Assembly: GCA_013288345.1 (NCBI GenBank)
Contig: JABDCA010000004.1
Coordinates: forward strand, 67,577 to 131,576
Source of the DNA: Bacteroidota bacterium
GTDB lineage: Bacteria > Bacteroidota > Bacteroidia > JABEUT01
Direction of reading: 5' to 3'
Length of the DNA: 64,000 nt
Each line of letters starts with the position of its first letter. Position 1 is the stretch's first letter. Below, piece after piece: positions 1 to 8,375 of this stretch. A program made the position numbers and the translations under genes. Below the pieces are notes generated by a model. The model saw only the letters and a program-made list of their open reading frames with translations. It was not told where the DNA came from and made no database searches.

Positions 1-117
1 GTTCTTATACCCTTTTGTCTTACCTTCCAATACATGTTTGGCTAATAGGGTTTCGCGCCACAAAGCCACAAGCCCTTTCACATCTAAATACTTAGGATGA
101 ACTGACCAGATTCTCAT
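1..117 (-). CDS. pyrimidine-dimer DNA glycosylase/endonuclease V-like protein, first 39 codons only (gene runs off the window start)
   Basis: Not in the ORF track. The reverse strand from ATG at 117..115 reads MRIWSVHPKYLDVKGLVALWRETLLAKHVLEGKTKGYKN with no stop down to position 1. This N-terminus matches my recollection of the bacterial Pyr_excise (DenV-like) family. Confidence 0.5.
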   Translation of the reverse strand, partial: MRIWSVHPKYLDVKGLVALWRETLLAKHVLEGKTKGYKN

Positions 118-135
118 TAACGCTGAAAGAAAATA

Positions 136-759
136 TTATTCATAGAAAACAACCCTGCCAGTTTCCAGGTCGTGCAAGCCGCCAACAATTCGAATTTGAT
201 TTGATTGTTCCATCTCTTTAAGGATACTGCTTTGCTCTTTTATTTTTTGAACTACATTGAAAACATTATTCACAGTAACATTCTGAACAAATGGCAGGTT
301 CTTTCCATTTCTTTCTGCAATGGTCTTGGTCTCCATTTCAATAGCGGGCTTTATTTTATTGAGCAATGTAGTTACGTGTCCTAAAACAACATTATTACAA
401 GCACCTTCTATAGCACCACAGTTGGTGTGCCCTAATACCACAATAAGTTTTGAACCTGCAATTTTACAAGCAAATTCCATGCTACCTAAAATATCTTCAT
501 TCAAAATATTACCAGCAATACGTATGCTGAATATATCACCAAGGCCCTGGTCAAATATCAATTCGGCTGAAGTGCGTGAATCAATACAGCTTAGTATAGC
601 AGCAAAAGGAAATTGCCCTGTTGATGTTTCATTAACCTGTTCAAGTAAATTCCTGTGGCTTTTAATATTATTCACAAAGCGCTCATTGCCTTCCTTTAAT
701 ATATCAAGTGTTCTATCGGGTGTAAGCTTGTCGCGTGTTTCTTTTGTATGTGTTCTCAT
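136..759 (-). CDS. beta-class carbonic anhydrase
   Basis: 207 aa with the zinc-ligand motifs SCIDSRTS and GHTNCGA typical of beta-CA. Confidence 0.85.
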   Translation of the reverse strand: MRTHTKETRDKLTPDRTLDILKEGNERFVNNIKSHRNLLEQVNETSTGQFPFAAILSCIDSRTSAELIFDQGLGDIFSIRIAGNILNEDILGSMEFACKIAGSKLIVVLGHTNCGAIEGACNNVVLGHVTTLLNKIKPAIEMETKTIAERNGKNLPFVQNVTVNNVFNVVQKIKEQSSILKEMEQSNQIRIVGGLHDLETGRVVFYE

Positions 760-839
760 TCAGCTAATATATATGAATGTCTAATTAGTTTGCGAATATA
801 CATAAGGAATATTAAAGCACTTGAACCGAAAGCACCCGT

Positions 840-1400
840 TTATTCAATCTCTATACCATATTTATCTAAAAGCCCCGCTATGCCATTAGCTGAGAACTTA
901 GCCTTCTTCATTTTATTTATCTCAGGGTTAATAGAATAATTATAGGCAGTTCTAAAATCGGCACCTTCTAATATTGTTCTCTCAAATTTGGCGCTATGCA
1001 TATCGCAATTATCAAATATTGCGCTGCTTAAATTACATTCGCTAAAATCAACCTCATGCAGACTACAGTCTTTAAATCTTGTTTTCTTAAGGCCAAGCTT
1101 ATAAAAAGATGCGAGGTTAAGCATGCAGTTTTCAAAATCAACCGAAAACAAAAACGCGTTGCAATTCTCAAAATGAAGTCCCAATAATTTACATCCAATA
1201 AATCTGACACCTTTCAGTGCCATATTATTGATCTTAGCCATACTCAGGTTACAATTACTGAATTCGCATTCAGAAAAAGTAATACCACTTAAATCTACAC
1301 CAGAAAAATTGCAGCCCAGAAACCTGCAACGTTCATAGTCGCCTTTGGTTAACACCTCAATTTTCTCAAAAGTCTTTTCTTCTATATATGTTTTAATCAT
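840..1400 (-). CDS. pentapeptide-repeat protein
   Basis: 186 aa, almost entirely A(D/N)LxX-type pentapeptide repeats (CNFSGVDLSGITFSECEFSNCNLSMAKI...). Confidence 0.8.
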   Translation of the reverse strand: MIKTYIEEKTFEKIEVLTKGDYERCRFLGCNFSGVDLSGITFSECEFSNCNLSMAKINNMALKGVRFIGCKLLGLHFENCNAFLFSVDFENCMLNLASFYKLGLKKTRFKDCSLHEVDFSECNLSSAIFDNCDMHSAKFERTILEGADFRTAYNYSINPEINKMKKAKFSANGIAGLLDKYGIEIE

Positions 1401-1409
1401 TCTGTAATC

Positions 1410-1790
1410 TCATTTATAACTACTATCAACTTCTAAAGCATCCTTTAATAGCAATATTATTTCTTTTTCGTTTATATCATCAACCGATGTAATGATCCTA
1501 TAATATATCTTTTTGTTATTCCCACTTTTTATATAGCCATTCTTATTATGCAGCATACGACCCTGGCTAAACCCCAGCAATACTCCCTTTTTAAAACCAC
1601 CTCGTGGAATAGATGCGGGCCATATTATACACAACTGCCTTTTACCATAATAACATGGTACGTTCCAGGCAAATTTCTCTTTAACTGTTTCAGGTATGTT
1701 TTCTAAAACTATTTGCCTTAATATATCAACTATAAGGCGTTCATTTTCGGGTAAGCGCTCCCAAAAACTTATATAACTACCAGCTTGCAT
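1410..1790 (-). CDS. DUF1801 (YdhG-like) domain protein
   Basis: 126 aa. Recalled similarity to DUF1801 proteins (IVDILRQIVLENIPE...KFAWNVPCYY). Overlaps the stop of the upstream gene by 22 nt. Confidence 0.5.
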   Translation of the reverse strand: MQAGSYISFWERLPENERLIVDILRQIVLENIPETVKEKFAWNVPCYYGKRQLCIIWPASIPRGGFKKGVLLGFSQGRMLHNKNGYIKSGNNKKIYYRIITSVDDINEKEIILLLKDALEVDSSYK

Positions 1791-2926
1791 TCCGATGATG
1801 TATTGCTACCTTTAAAGTGAATAAAATAGATGCCTTTATCATACAAATTCAAATCAAGCATATTCCTTCCACCCACATTTGCCCTCTGAATAATTTGCCC
1901 CATAACATTCAACACTTCAATTTGTTCTGTATTGGCTGGAATTAAAACATTAAATCTTCCTGTGCTTGGGTTGGGATATACACCAGGATTATCATTAACA
2001 CCACCTACTTCATTAATACTGTTTGGTGTGTATTGAATACAACGATAAAAAACCGCAGTATCCGACATAAAGGAATCAATAACGGTTTTAGTTATGCCAG
2101 TAGCCGTAAAGTAAACTGCAGAATTTGCATTTGAAGGTTTAAAGCCGGTGGAAGGAACAGTCAGGTAGTTATTATATCTTAGCAAAGCATAGCTCTTACC
2201 TATAGTTAGTGAATCGGCTGTAATAGTTGCACGCAATATACAAGGTGGCACACCAAGACTTACATTGGGTTCCTCATTCGAATCGAGTGTGATATGAACA
2301 GGCCGGGTAACATGCCCAGGGTCTTTATTACCTGTAACGGCAACGCCATAATCTACGTTTTGAGGAATACAGTAACTATACTTGGCTCCATTGCCATTCA
2401 TTGACCGGGTATCGTAAATAGTTGAAAATGCCCTGACAAAAGAAGTAGTATCAAAATTACTGTTATAGGTTAATGAGTCGGTACCCGTATAAGAGTTTAC
2501 ACTTGTTGCATAAAAACCAATAGCAGGAATAATATGATCATAATCAGGATCAGAAAGCCCATTGATGTATACCACAAATATTACAGGCTGCTTTTTATTC
2601 AGGTATTGCTTTACCCAATCGAGGTAAGTTTTGTATTGAGGGGTTGCCCCGTTTGGGTCCCATTCGCTATAGGTAAATGACAATGTATTAAGTGCTATGG
2701 TATCATTTACATAAATAAGCAACTCACCTCCTGCTACCCTCCTGCAGAGTCCCTCTGATATATAATTACCATAATACAGGCCACACATTTGTATGGAGTT
2801 CTCACCACAATAGCCATCATTATTGGGCCATTGAAGCCTAGGTGCAATACCTAATTTTGTACTTATCTGTGCATTAAGGCAAAAAGAAAGGCTAAAACAA
2901 AAAATGCTAAGCAGGAGTTTTTTCAT
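1769..2926 (-). CDS. secreted protein with T9SS type-A C-terminal sorting domain; N-terminal domain of unknown function
   Basis: Signal peptide MKKLLLSIFCFSLSFCLNAQ. C-terminus VYPNPSTGRFNV...LNVMGQII...GIYFIHF fits the Por/T9SS CTD pattern. Confidence 0.7.
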   Translation of the reverse strand: MKKLLLSIFCFSLSFCLNAQISTKLGIAPRLQWPNNDGYCGENSIQMCGLYYGNYISEGLCRRVAGGELLIYVNDTIALNTLSFTYSEWDPNGATPQYKTYLDWVKQYLNKKQPVIFVVYINGLSDPDYDHIIPAIGFYATSVNSYTGTDSLTYNSNFDTTSFVRAFSTIYDTRSMNGNGAKYSYCIPQNVDYGVAVTGNKDPGHVTRPVHITLDSNEEPNVSLGVPPCILRATITADSLTIGKSYALLRYNNYLTVPSTGFKPSNANSAVYFTATGITKTVIDSFMSDTAVFYRCIQYTPNSINEVGGVNDNPGVYPNPSTGRFNVLIPANTEQIEVLNVMGQIIQRANVGGRNMLDLNLYDKGIYFIHFKGSNTSSECKLVVI

Positions 2927-3015
2927 ATAAAAAGTGTATTCAGATAAAAGTAAATGTAGAACTTTTACCCGAATACACCTAATAATGAAATAGGCACTTC
3001 ATACTACAACTATGT

Positions 3016-3861
3016 TCATTTAACTACCACTACCAAATACTTACTCTCACTCCAAAATATATTTGCATCGGTTATAAGTAATGAATCAGCCTTTTTATTA
3101 CCCTCTACTTTAAAGGCATTGTCAGGTTGCTCGGTAATAACCTTCGAGAACTTTGAATAAAGAGGTATTGAACTAAGCTTGGTTTTATCTGCCTTGGTAA
3201 AATAATTATTATTGAACCCATGTTTTAACTTGGCAGTTTTACCAAGCCCGGCAACTCCACCTTGTTTATCTATTACGCCATAGCTCATCAATTCTTTCAT
3301 GGTACCTACAGCATAATACACCGTATTTATCTCGTCTTTCATAGAACTGTTCTCAATGCGCTGAAGGTTCATACTTGCCATACTGTCGTTAAACTGCTGA
3401 ACAACTGTTCTTATGGTTGTATTACTTTGCGAGAGGGTAGCTTGTAAAGCAACCATATCGCTATCCTTTTCAGCAAGCTCTCGTGTTAAATGAGCCACCA
3501 TCTTTTCCATACCTGCATCTTTTGCATTCATTTTTTTAAGCCTTGCCTCCAACACACTAATTTCCCTGTTATCCTTTAGTATCAGCTTATCTATGTTTTT
3601 AATATCGGCAAGCGCACTATTATCTACGGAATTATTTTCCGTTTTAAGCGACAGTATTTTCTCACGGTTTTTAATACTATCTATATTATCTTGTATTTCA
3701 TTTAACAACATAACATACGATACTATTGAAGAATCCTTTTTCTGGGCTTCCGCCAACAGTGCAGAGTCCTTCTCATTTAATGCCTTAAGCTTTTGTTCTT
3801 GTTGTGAATTATTGCAGGCTGCTAACACCAGTGCTGCAATTATTATGCAAGTTGTTTTCAT
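3016..3861 (-). CDS. coiled-coil lipoprotein, function unknown
   Basis: Lipobox LVLAACNN after a signal peptide. Long heptad-like Q/K/E-rich central region. Confidence 0.5.
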   Translation of the reverse strand: MKTTCIIIAALVLAACNNSQQEQKLKALNEKDSALLAEAQKKDSSIVSYVMLLNEIQDNIDSIKNREKILSLKTENNSVDNSALADIKNIDKLILKDNREISVLEARLKKMNAKDAGMEKMVAHLTRELAEKDSDMVALQATLSQSNTTIRTVVQQFNDSMASMNLQRIENSSMKDEINTVYYAVGTMKELMSYGVIDKQGGVAGLGKTAKLKHGFNNNYFTKADKTKLSSIPLYSKFSKVITEQPDNAFKVEGNKKADSLLITDANIFWSESKYLVVVVK

Positions 3862-3897
3862 AGGGTTGAAATTTAGTGTAGCTCTTTATCATCAAAC

Positions 3898-4845
3898 TTA
3901 CAAGTCAATAAAAAAGTCTCTATACATGTCCTCTCCCTTTGTATGGCCGTTTGTCGATATTACACCTGAAGCTTCATGCCTTGGCTTATAATTATCGGGC
4001 ACCGTAAATAGTGGCACCAAGGTATGGAAACTCATTTTTTTAGTGACACTAATAGGGTTAAATAGGCTTACAAAGAACATTGTCCTTTCGTGAGACATAA
4101 CAAGCCAGTTTGCATTTGCCTTAATACTAAAACCATTCAAGCCTGCAACCAGGTCATTATTATGAATCAATTGAATCGATAACTTATCATACTCAATAAG
4201 GCTTTTAACTTCGTTTTTGAATTTTTCAAACATTTCATTTTCAAATTCCTTCGAAAACACATCATTATATATATGAAGGATAGTTAATCTTGCATCAAGC
4301 TGCCTTGCCATACTGGCAAGAAAATTAATGACAGGTATTTCTCCTTTCCGATATTCAGTTGCAAAAACAATATGTTTTATGTTTTCAAATGCAACACCTT
4401 CAGGAATAGCCAAAACAGGCACCGGAGCATTTTTAATCACATCCCATGTATGGCTCCCTTCAATTGCTGCTTTTAATAAATCAGTTTCATGAGTACCCAT
4501 TATTACAAAATCCGACCTGTCACCTTCAGCTTTTATATATAGTTCCTCAGCCAAAGGGCCTTGCCTTACCACACAATGGTATTCGTCATCTGTGGGGTTA
4601 ATTCCCATCGACTTATACAAATCACTTATATGTTCTTTCAGATCTGTCAACTCCGACATAAGGGGGTTCTCGTCCAGTTTCTCAAATTCAGAGAAATGTT
4701 CCCTGAAATAAAAAGGTTCATCAAACACATGAAAAAATGTGACTACAGAATTTGTGGCTCGCGATAGCTGAATGGCATAACGTTCAGCATTAATTCCGGC
4801 CTTTGAGTAATCTGATGCTACGAGTATTTTAAAATAGTTTTTCAT
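3898..4845 (-). CDS. universal stress protein (tandem UspA domains)
   Basis: 315 aa. Two USP-like halves, each beginning with a KxILVATD/IVFATE-type strand. Confidence 0.7.
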   Translation of the reverse strand: MKNYFKILVASDYSKAGINAERYAIQLSRATNSVVTFFHVFDEPFYFREHFSEFEKLDENPLMSELTDLKEHISDLYKSMGINPTDDEYHCVVRQGPLAEELYIKAEGDRSDFVIMGTHETDLLKAAIEGSHTWDVIKNAPVPVLAIPEGVAFENIKHIVFATEYRKGEIPVINFLASMARQLDARLTILHIYNDVFSKEFENEMFEKFKNEVKSLIEYDKLSIQLIHNNDLVAGLNGFSIKANANWLVMSHERTMFFVSLFNPISVTKKMSFHTLVPLFTVPDNYKPRHEASGVISTNGHTKGEDMYRDFFIDL

Positions 4846-5035
4846 GGCGTTGCATTTTAAGGGTTAGCCTTCAACTATAAACTCTTTAACTCGAATGCAA
4901 GGTAGTGCCTTTACTAGCTTTTAGTATAATGATTTCTACAAGCGTTCTGAAATGTGATGTAAACAAGTAAAATGAAGCGGTAGATAAATAAGAGGGTGAT
5001 AATCTTCGGTAATCTTGTTACGGTGAGGCTTAGAA

Positions 5036-5057
5036 CAAAAAGCCGCTTTACAGCGGC
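5036..5057 (-). terminator. rho-independent terminator-like hairpin
   Basis: On the minus strand, gccgct-gtaa-agcggc is followed by TTTTTG. Confidence 0.5.
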
Positions 5058-5067
5058 ACTTTATTTT

Positions 5068-5151
5068 GCGGAGAGAGAGGGATTACCTTCGGTGATCCCA
5101 TTATAGGGAAGCTTGATATTGAAGCAGCTTCATTGCGTTCAGCCATTTTCC
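5068..5151 (-). pseudogene. decayed tRNA-Ser-like copy
   Basis: 84 nt. The 3' 17 nt (5068..5084) are identical to the 3' end of the adjacent tRNA. The 5' end GGAAAATGGCTGAACGC resembles GGAGAGATGGCAGAGCGG. A variable-arm-like hairpin (tccc/ggga) is retained, but the T-loop and anticodon arm are destroyed. Confidence 0.4.
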
Positions 5152-5199
5152 ATTTTCTTCAATAAATAGGAATGCAAGCATTCCCTTATTTCCGAAAAT

Positions 5200-5220
5200 G
5201 AAAAAGTCCCTTTCGGGACT
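5200..5220 (-). terminator. rho-independent terminator after tRNA-Ser
   Basis: On the minus strand, agtccc-gaaa-gggact is followed by TTTTT. Confidence 0.6.
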
Positions 5221-5233
5221 GCTTCAATATCAG

Positions 5234-5320
5234 CGGAGAGAGAGGGATTCGAACCCCCGATACCCGTGAAGGTACAACAGTTTTCGAGACTGCCGCATTC
5301 AACCGCTCTGCCATCTCTCC
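5234..5320 (-). tRNA. tRNA-Ser (anticodon CGA)
   Basis: Reverse complement is GGAGAGATGGCAGAGCGGTTGAATGCGGCAGTCTCGAAAACTGTTGTACCTTCACGGGTATCGGGGGTTCGAATCCCTCTCTCTCCG. It has a 7-bp acceptor stem, a long variable arm, a TTCGAAT T-loop and anticodon loop CT-CGA-AA. No CCA is encoded. Confidence 0.9.
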
Positions 5321-5381
5321 TTTTTGTAAAACGAGGCGCAAAATTAGAATTTCAATCGGAACCTAAAGGGCTTTTTTTAAT

Positions 5382-5389
5382 TACTTTTG
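5382..5389 (+). promoter_or_regulatory. Bacteroidota -7 promoter box (TAnnTTTG)
   Basis: TACTTTTG, 6 nt before the uvrC ATG. The ORF-track TTG start at 5387 lies inside this box. Confidence 0.45.
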
Positions 5390-5395
5390 TATATA

Positions 5396-7195
5396 ATGGA
5401 TGCGAAAGAGAATTTAAAGCCAATAATAAGCTCCCTGCCCGATTCGCCGGGTATATACCAGTACTTTGATGAGACAGGTACTATATTATATGTAGGCAAG
5501 GCAAAAAACCTTAAAAAGCGTGTCAGTTCTTATTTTCAGAAAGTGCATGATAATGCCAAACTTAATTTATTGGTCAGAAAAATAGTAAGCATCAACTATA
5601 TTGTAGTACGCACCGAATGGGATGCATTATTGCTGGAGAACACTCTCATAAAAAAACATCAGCCCCGTTACAATGTAATGTTGAAGGATGATAAAACATA
5701 TCCCTGGATATGCATAAAGAATGAACCCTACCCGCGTATTTTCTCCACCCGGACTGTTATTAAAGACGGATCTGAATATTTTGGGCCATATGCCTCAGTA
5801 AGGGCTATGCAGACTGTACTTGAATTTGCCAGACAGCTTTACCCCTTGCGTACCTGCAACCTGAATTTGACAGAAGAAAACATAGAAAAGAAGAAGTTCA
5901 AGCGCTGCCTCGAATACCATTTGGGTAATTGCAAGGCCCCCTGCGAAGGGCTTGAATCGAAAAAGGAATATGATGATGCTATTAGCCAGATGCGCCTGGT
6001 AATAAAAGGGAATATTAATGGCGCCATAAAGTTTTTAAAAACCGAGATGCAGCAGTATTCCGACCAATGGGAATTTGAAAAAGCACAGGAGCTTAAAGAA
6101 AAACTGGCGTTACTCGAAAAGTACCAAAGCAAATCATCGGTAGTAAGCCCTACTATTGATAATGTTGATGTATTTACTGTAATTAATGAAGAGAAAAGGG
6201 CTTATGTAAACTTTCTGAAAATTGTTAATGGCGCTATTATACAGTCGCATACAATAGAATTAAGTAAAAAACTTGAAGAGACCAAGGAGGAGCTCCTGTT
6301 AATGGGTATTGCTGAGTTGCGTCAACGTTTTGCAAGTGATTCTTCTGAAATAATCATACCATTTGAAGTAGATGCAGAAATACCGGGCACCCATATTCTG
6401 GTGCCACAAAAAGGTGATAAAATGCGCTTGATAGAAATGTCAGAAAACAACCTGCGCTATTACGTTCGCGAAAAACAAATGCTCGAGAGCCTGCATTCAC
6501 CTAAAAAGAAAGTGGATAACCTGTTAGAGCAAATGAAGAAAGATTTGCGGATGATGGAATTGCCTCACCGTATTGAATGTTTCGACAACTCAAATATACA
6601 GGGAGCTTTTCCGGTAGCAGCTATGACTGTATTTAAAGATGGTAAGCCAAGCAAAAGAGATTACCGCCATTTTAATATAAAATCGGTACAGGGTCCTGAC
6701 GATTTCGCATCGATGGAAGAAGTCATATATCGTAGGTATAAACGCTTACAGGATGAAGCACAGCCATTACCCCAACTTATTGTAATTGATGGCGGTAAGG
6801 GCCAGCTAAGTTCTGCCATAAACAGCCTTACCCAATTGGGCCTAGAAAACAAGGTATCTATTATAGGTATTGCAAAAAGGCTCGAGGAGATCTACTTCCC
6901 CGGTGATTCAGTACCGCTATATCTTGACAAGCGCTCTCCTACTTTGAAAATAATTCAGCAGATACGTGATGAGGCCCACCGCTTTGGTATTACACACCAC
7001 CGCAAGCGCAGAAGTGCTGGGTCTATTCAGTCTGCTTTAACAAAAATTGAAGGCGTTGGAGAAAAAACAACCGAGAAACTATTATCGCACTTTGGCTCGA
7101 TAGAACGCATAAAGCAAGCAACCATAGAAGATATAGCTAAAATAGCCGGGCTTGATAAGGCGAAGAAAATATTAGATTCTTTAAATAAAGCTTGA
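5396..7195 (+). CDS. uvrC: excinuclease ABC subunit C
   Basis: GIY-YIG N-terminus (PGIYQYFDETGTILYVGKAKNLKKRV), UvrBC-interaction region and C-terminal HhH. I prefer the ATG at 5396 over the track's TTG at 5387. Confidence 0.92.
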   Translation: MDAKENLKPIISSLPDSPGIYQYFDETGTILYVGKAKNLKKRVSSYFQKVHDNAKLNLLVRKIVSINYIVVRTEWDALLLENTLIKKHQPRYNVMLKDDKTYPWICIKNEPYPRIFSTRTVIKDGSEYFGPYASVRAMQTVLEFARQLYPLRTCNLNLTEENIEKKKFKRCLEYHLGNCKAPCEGLESKKEYDDAISQMRLVIKGNINGAIKFLKTEMQQYSDQWEFEKAQELKEKLALLEKYQSKSSVVSPTIDNVDVFTVINEEKRAYVNFLKIVNGAIIQSHTIELSKKLEETKEELLLMGIAELRQRFASDSSEIIIPFEVDAEIPGTHILVPQKGDKMRLIEMSENNLRYYVREKQMLESLHSPKKKVDNLLEQMKKDLRMMELPHRIECFDNSNIQGAFPVAAMTVFKDGKPSKRDYRHFNIKSVQGPDDFASMEEVIYRRYKRLQDEAQPLPQLIVIDGGKGQLSSAINSLTQLGLENKVSIIGIAKRLEEIYFPGDSVPLYLDKRSPTLKIIQQIRDEAHRFGITHHRKRRSAGSIQSALTKIEGVGEKTTEKLLSHFGSIERIKQATIEDIAKIAGLDKAKKILDSLNKA

Positions 7196-7207
7196 CCTAA
7201 TTTATAC

Positions 7208-7579
7208 CTATTCGATCTCTCTTTTTTGCTGAGCGTATTTAATACTATCAGCTAATTCAACAAAATATTTCAGGTTATGTATTTCTAACCATAATCCCGC
7301 TTTTTTATCTCCTTTAAAAAAATTGGCTGTGGCGGCCAATTCATAGTGTTTTTTAGCCAGCAGTGCCTTAACTGCAATTTTATTGCCAAATATGGCATCT
7401 ACAAATACAGCAAGTAATTTTTTTTCGCTTATAAGCCACTGGGCAGCCCTTACATCTCCTCTTATGGCCGATTCAAATGCAAAAAGCTCCTGAGACTCTT
7501 CCATTAACCTCTTAGCAGCCCCTGTTTTACCCCTTAAAGCAGCACATAACAGTATTATTTGGTTTTTTGAGTAAATCAT
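7208..7579 (-). CDS. hypothetical helical protein
   Basis: 123-aa ORF tightly convergent with uvrC. Has internal repeats of a G(D/K)xxAAxWL-like motif. No family recognised. Confidence 0.4.
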   Translation of the reverse strand: MIYSKNQIILLCAALRGKTGAAKRLMEESQELFAFESAIRGDVRAAQWLISEKKLLAVFVDAIFGNKIAVKALLAKKHYELAATANFFKGDKKAGLWLEIHNLKYFVELADSIKYAQQKREIE

Positions 7580-7582
7580 AGT

Positions 7583-7590
7583 TACATTTG
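7583..7590 (+). promoter_or_regulatory. -7 promoter box (TAnnTTTG)
   Basis: TACATTTG, 44 nt upstream of the ATG at 7635. Confidence 0.4.
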
Positions 7591-7634
7591 TAGCTTATAT
7601 TCAAAACGCATATAAAAACAAAATTATAAAATCC

Positions 7635-8372
7635 ATGAGAAAACCAGCATTATTTGCCGCAGCTATCTTATTATCAGCCTCTTCTTTATTTGCACAAGAT
7701 GGCGGCGCAACCGCTAACGGTACTGACAGGAACTTCCACTTTGGTTTAAATTTTACTCCTGGTGTCTACTTTCCTGTTGTAGGATCTATTGTTACAGCGG
7801 GCAATACTACTTATTCTAATGCAGCAAATGCTCCTGGATTTGGATATGGGTATGGTGTAAACCTTGAATTTTATTTTACCCAGAACTATGGTTTGGCTAC
7901 CGGAGTAGAAGTATTAGCCTTTCAGGCTAACTATACAAATACTACAGATACTCTTGTATCCGGTAAGGTTTCAACATCTGACCAAACGGTACACCAGCAA
8001 AGTATGCAATACCTTGAAATACCTCTTTTATTGAAATTCAGGACAAATTCTATAGGGATGATAAAATATTATGGAGAATTTGGATTGAGCCTGGGTGGTC
8101 TACTATCTGCTTCCGATAATAATACGGTTACACGTAGCGGTGCCTTAATAAATACAACATCAACTACTACCAATGCTGTAAATATTTATTCCAGCTCCAG
8201 TTTTTTTCGTGTTGGGTTAGATGTTGGCCTTGGCTTGGAGTATAATATTGCCGGCCCTACATCTATACAAGGTGCTATACATTACGATAATGCATTTACC
8301 AACATGAATTCAAATAGCAATAATTCAGTAATTATGAAGGGTATCAACCTGGTTATTGGAGTATTATTCTAA
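7635..8372 (+). CDS. outer-membrane beta-barrel (porin-family) protein
   Basis: Signal peptide, alternating-hydrophobic beta-strand pattern, C-terminal ...GVLF. Confidence 0.65.
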   Translation: MRKPALFAAAILLSASSLFAQDGGATANGTDRNFHFGLNFTPGVYFPVVGSIVTAGNTTYSNAANAPGFGYGYGVNLEFYFTQNYGLATGVEVLAFQANYTNTTDTLVSGKVSTSDQTVHQQSMQYLEIPLLLKFRTNSIGMIKYYGEFGLSLGGLLSASDNNTVTRSGALINTTSTTTNAVNIYSSSSFFRVGLDVGLGLEYNIAGPTSIQGAIHYDNAFTNMNSNSNNSVIMKGINLVIGVLF

Positions 8373-8375
8373 TAT

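Noticed and set aside
840-1400. Pentapeptide-repeat protein as a Qnr-type quinolone-resistance determinant.
   Set aside because: Pentapeptide repeats alone are not diagnostic. The protein is shorter (186 aa) than Qnr, I cannot see Qnr-specific loops, and the context is chromosomal housekeeping.
5068-5249. The 17-nt direct repeats as attL/attR of a currently integrated genomic island.
   Set aside because: The repeats are only about 150 nt apart and enclose no genes. At most this is a scar, and the whole-length resemblance to tRNA-Ser favours a decayed duplication.
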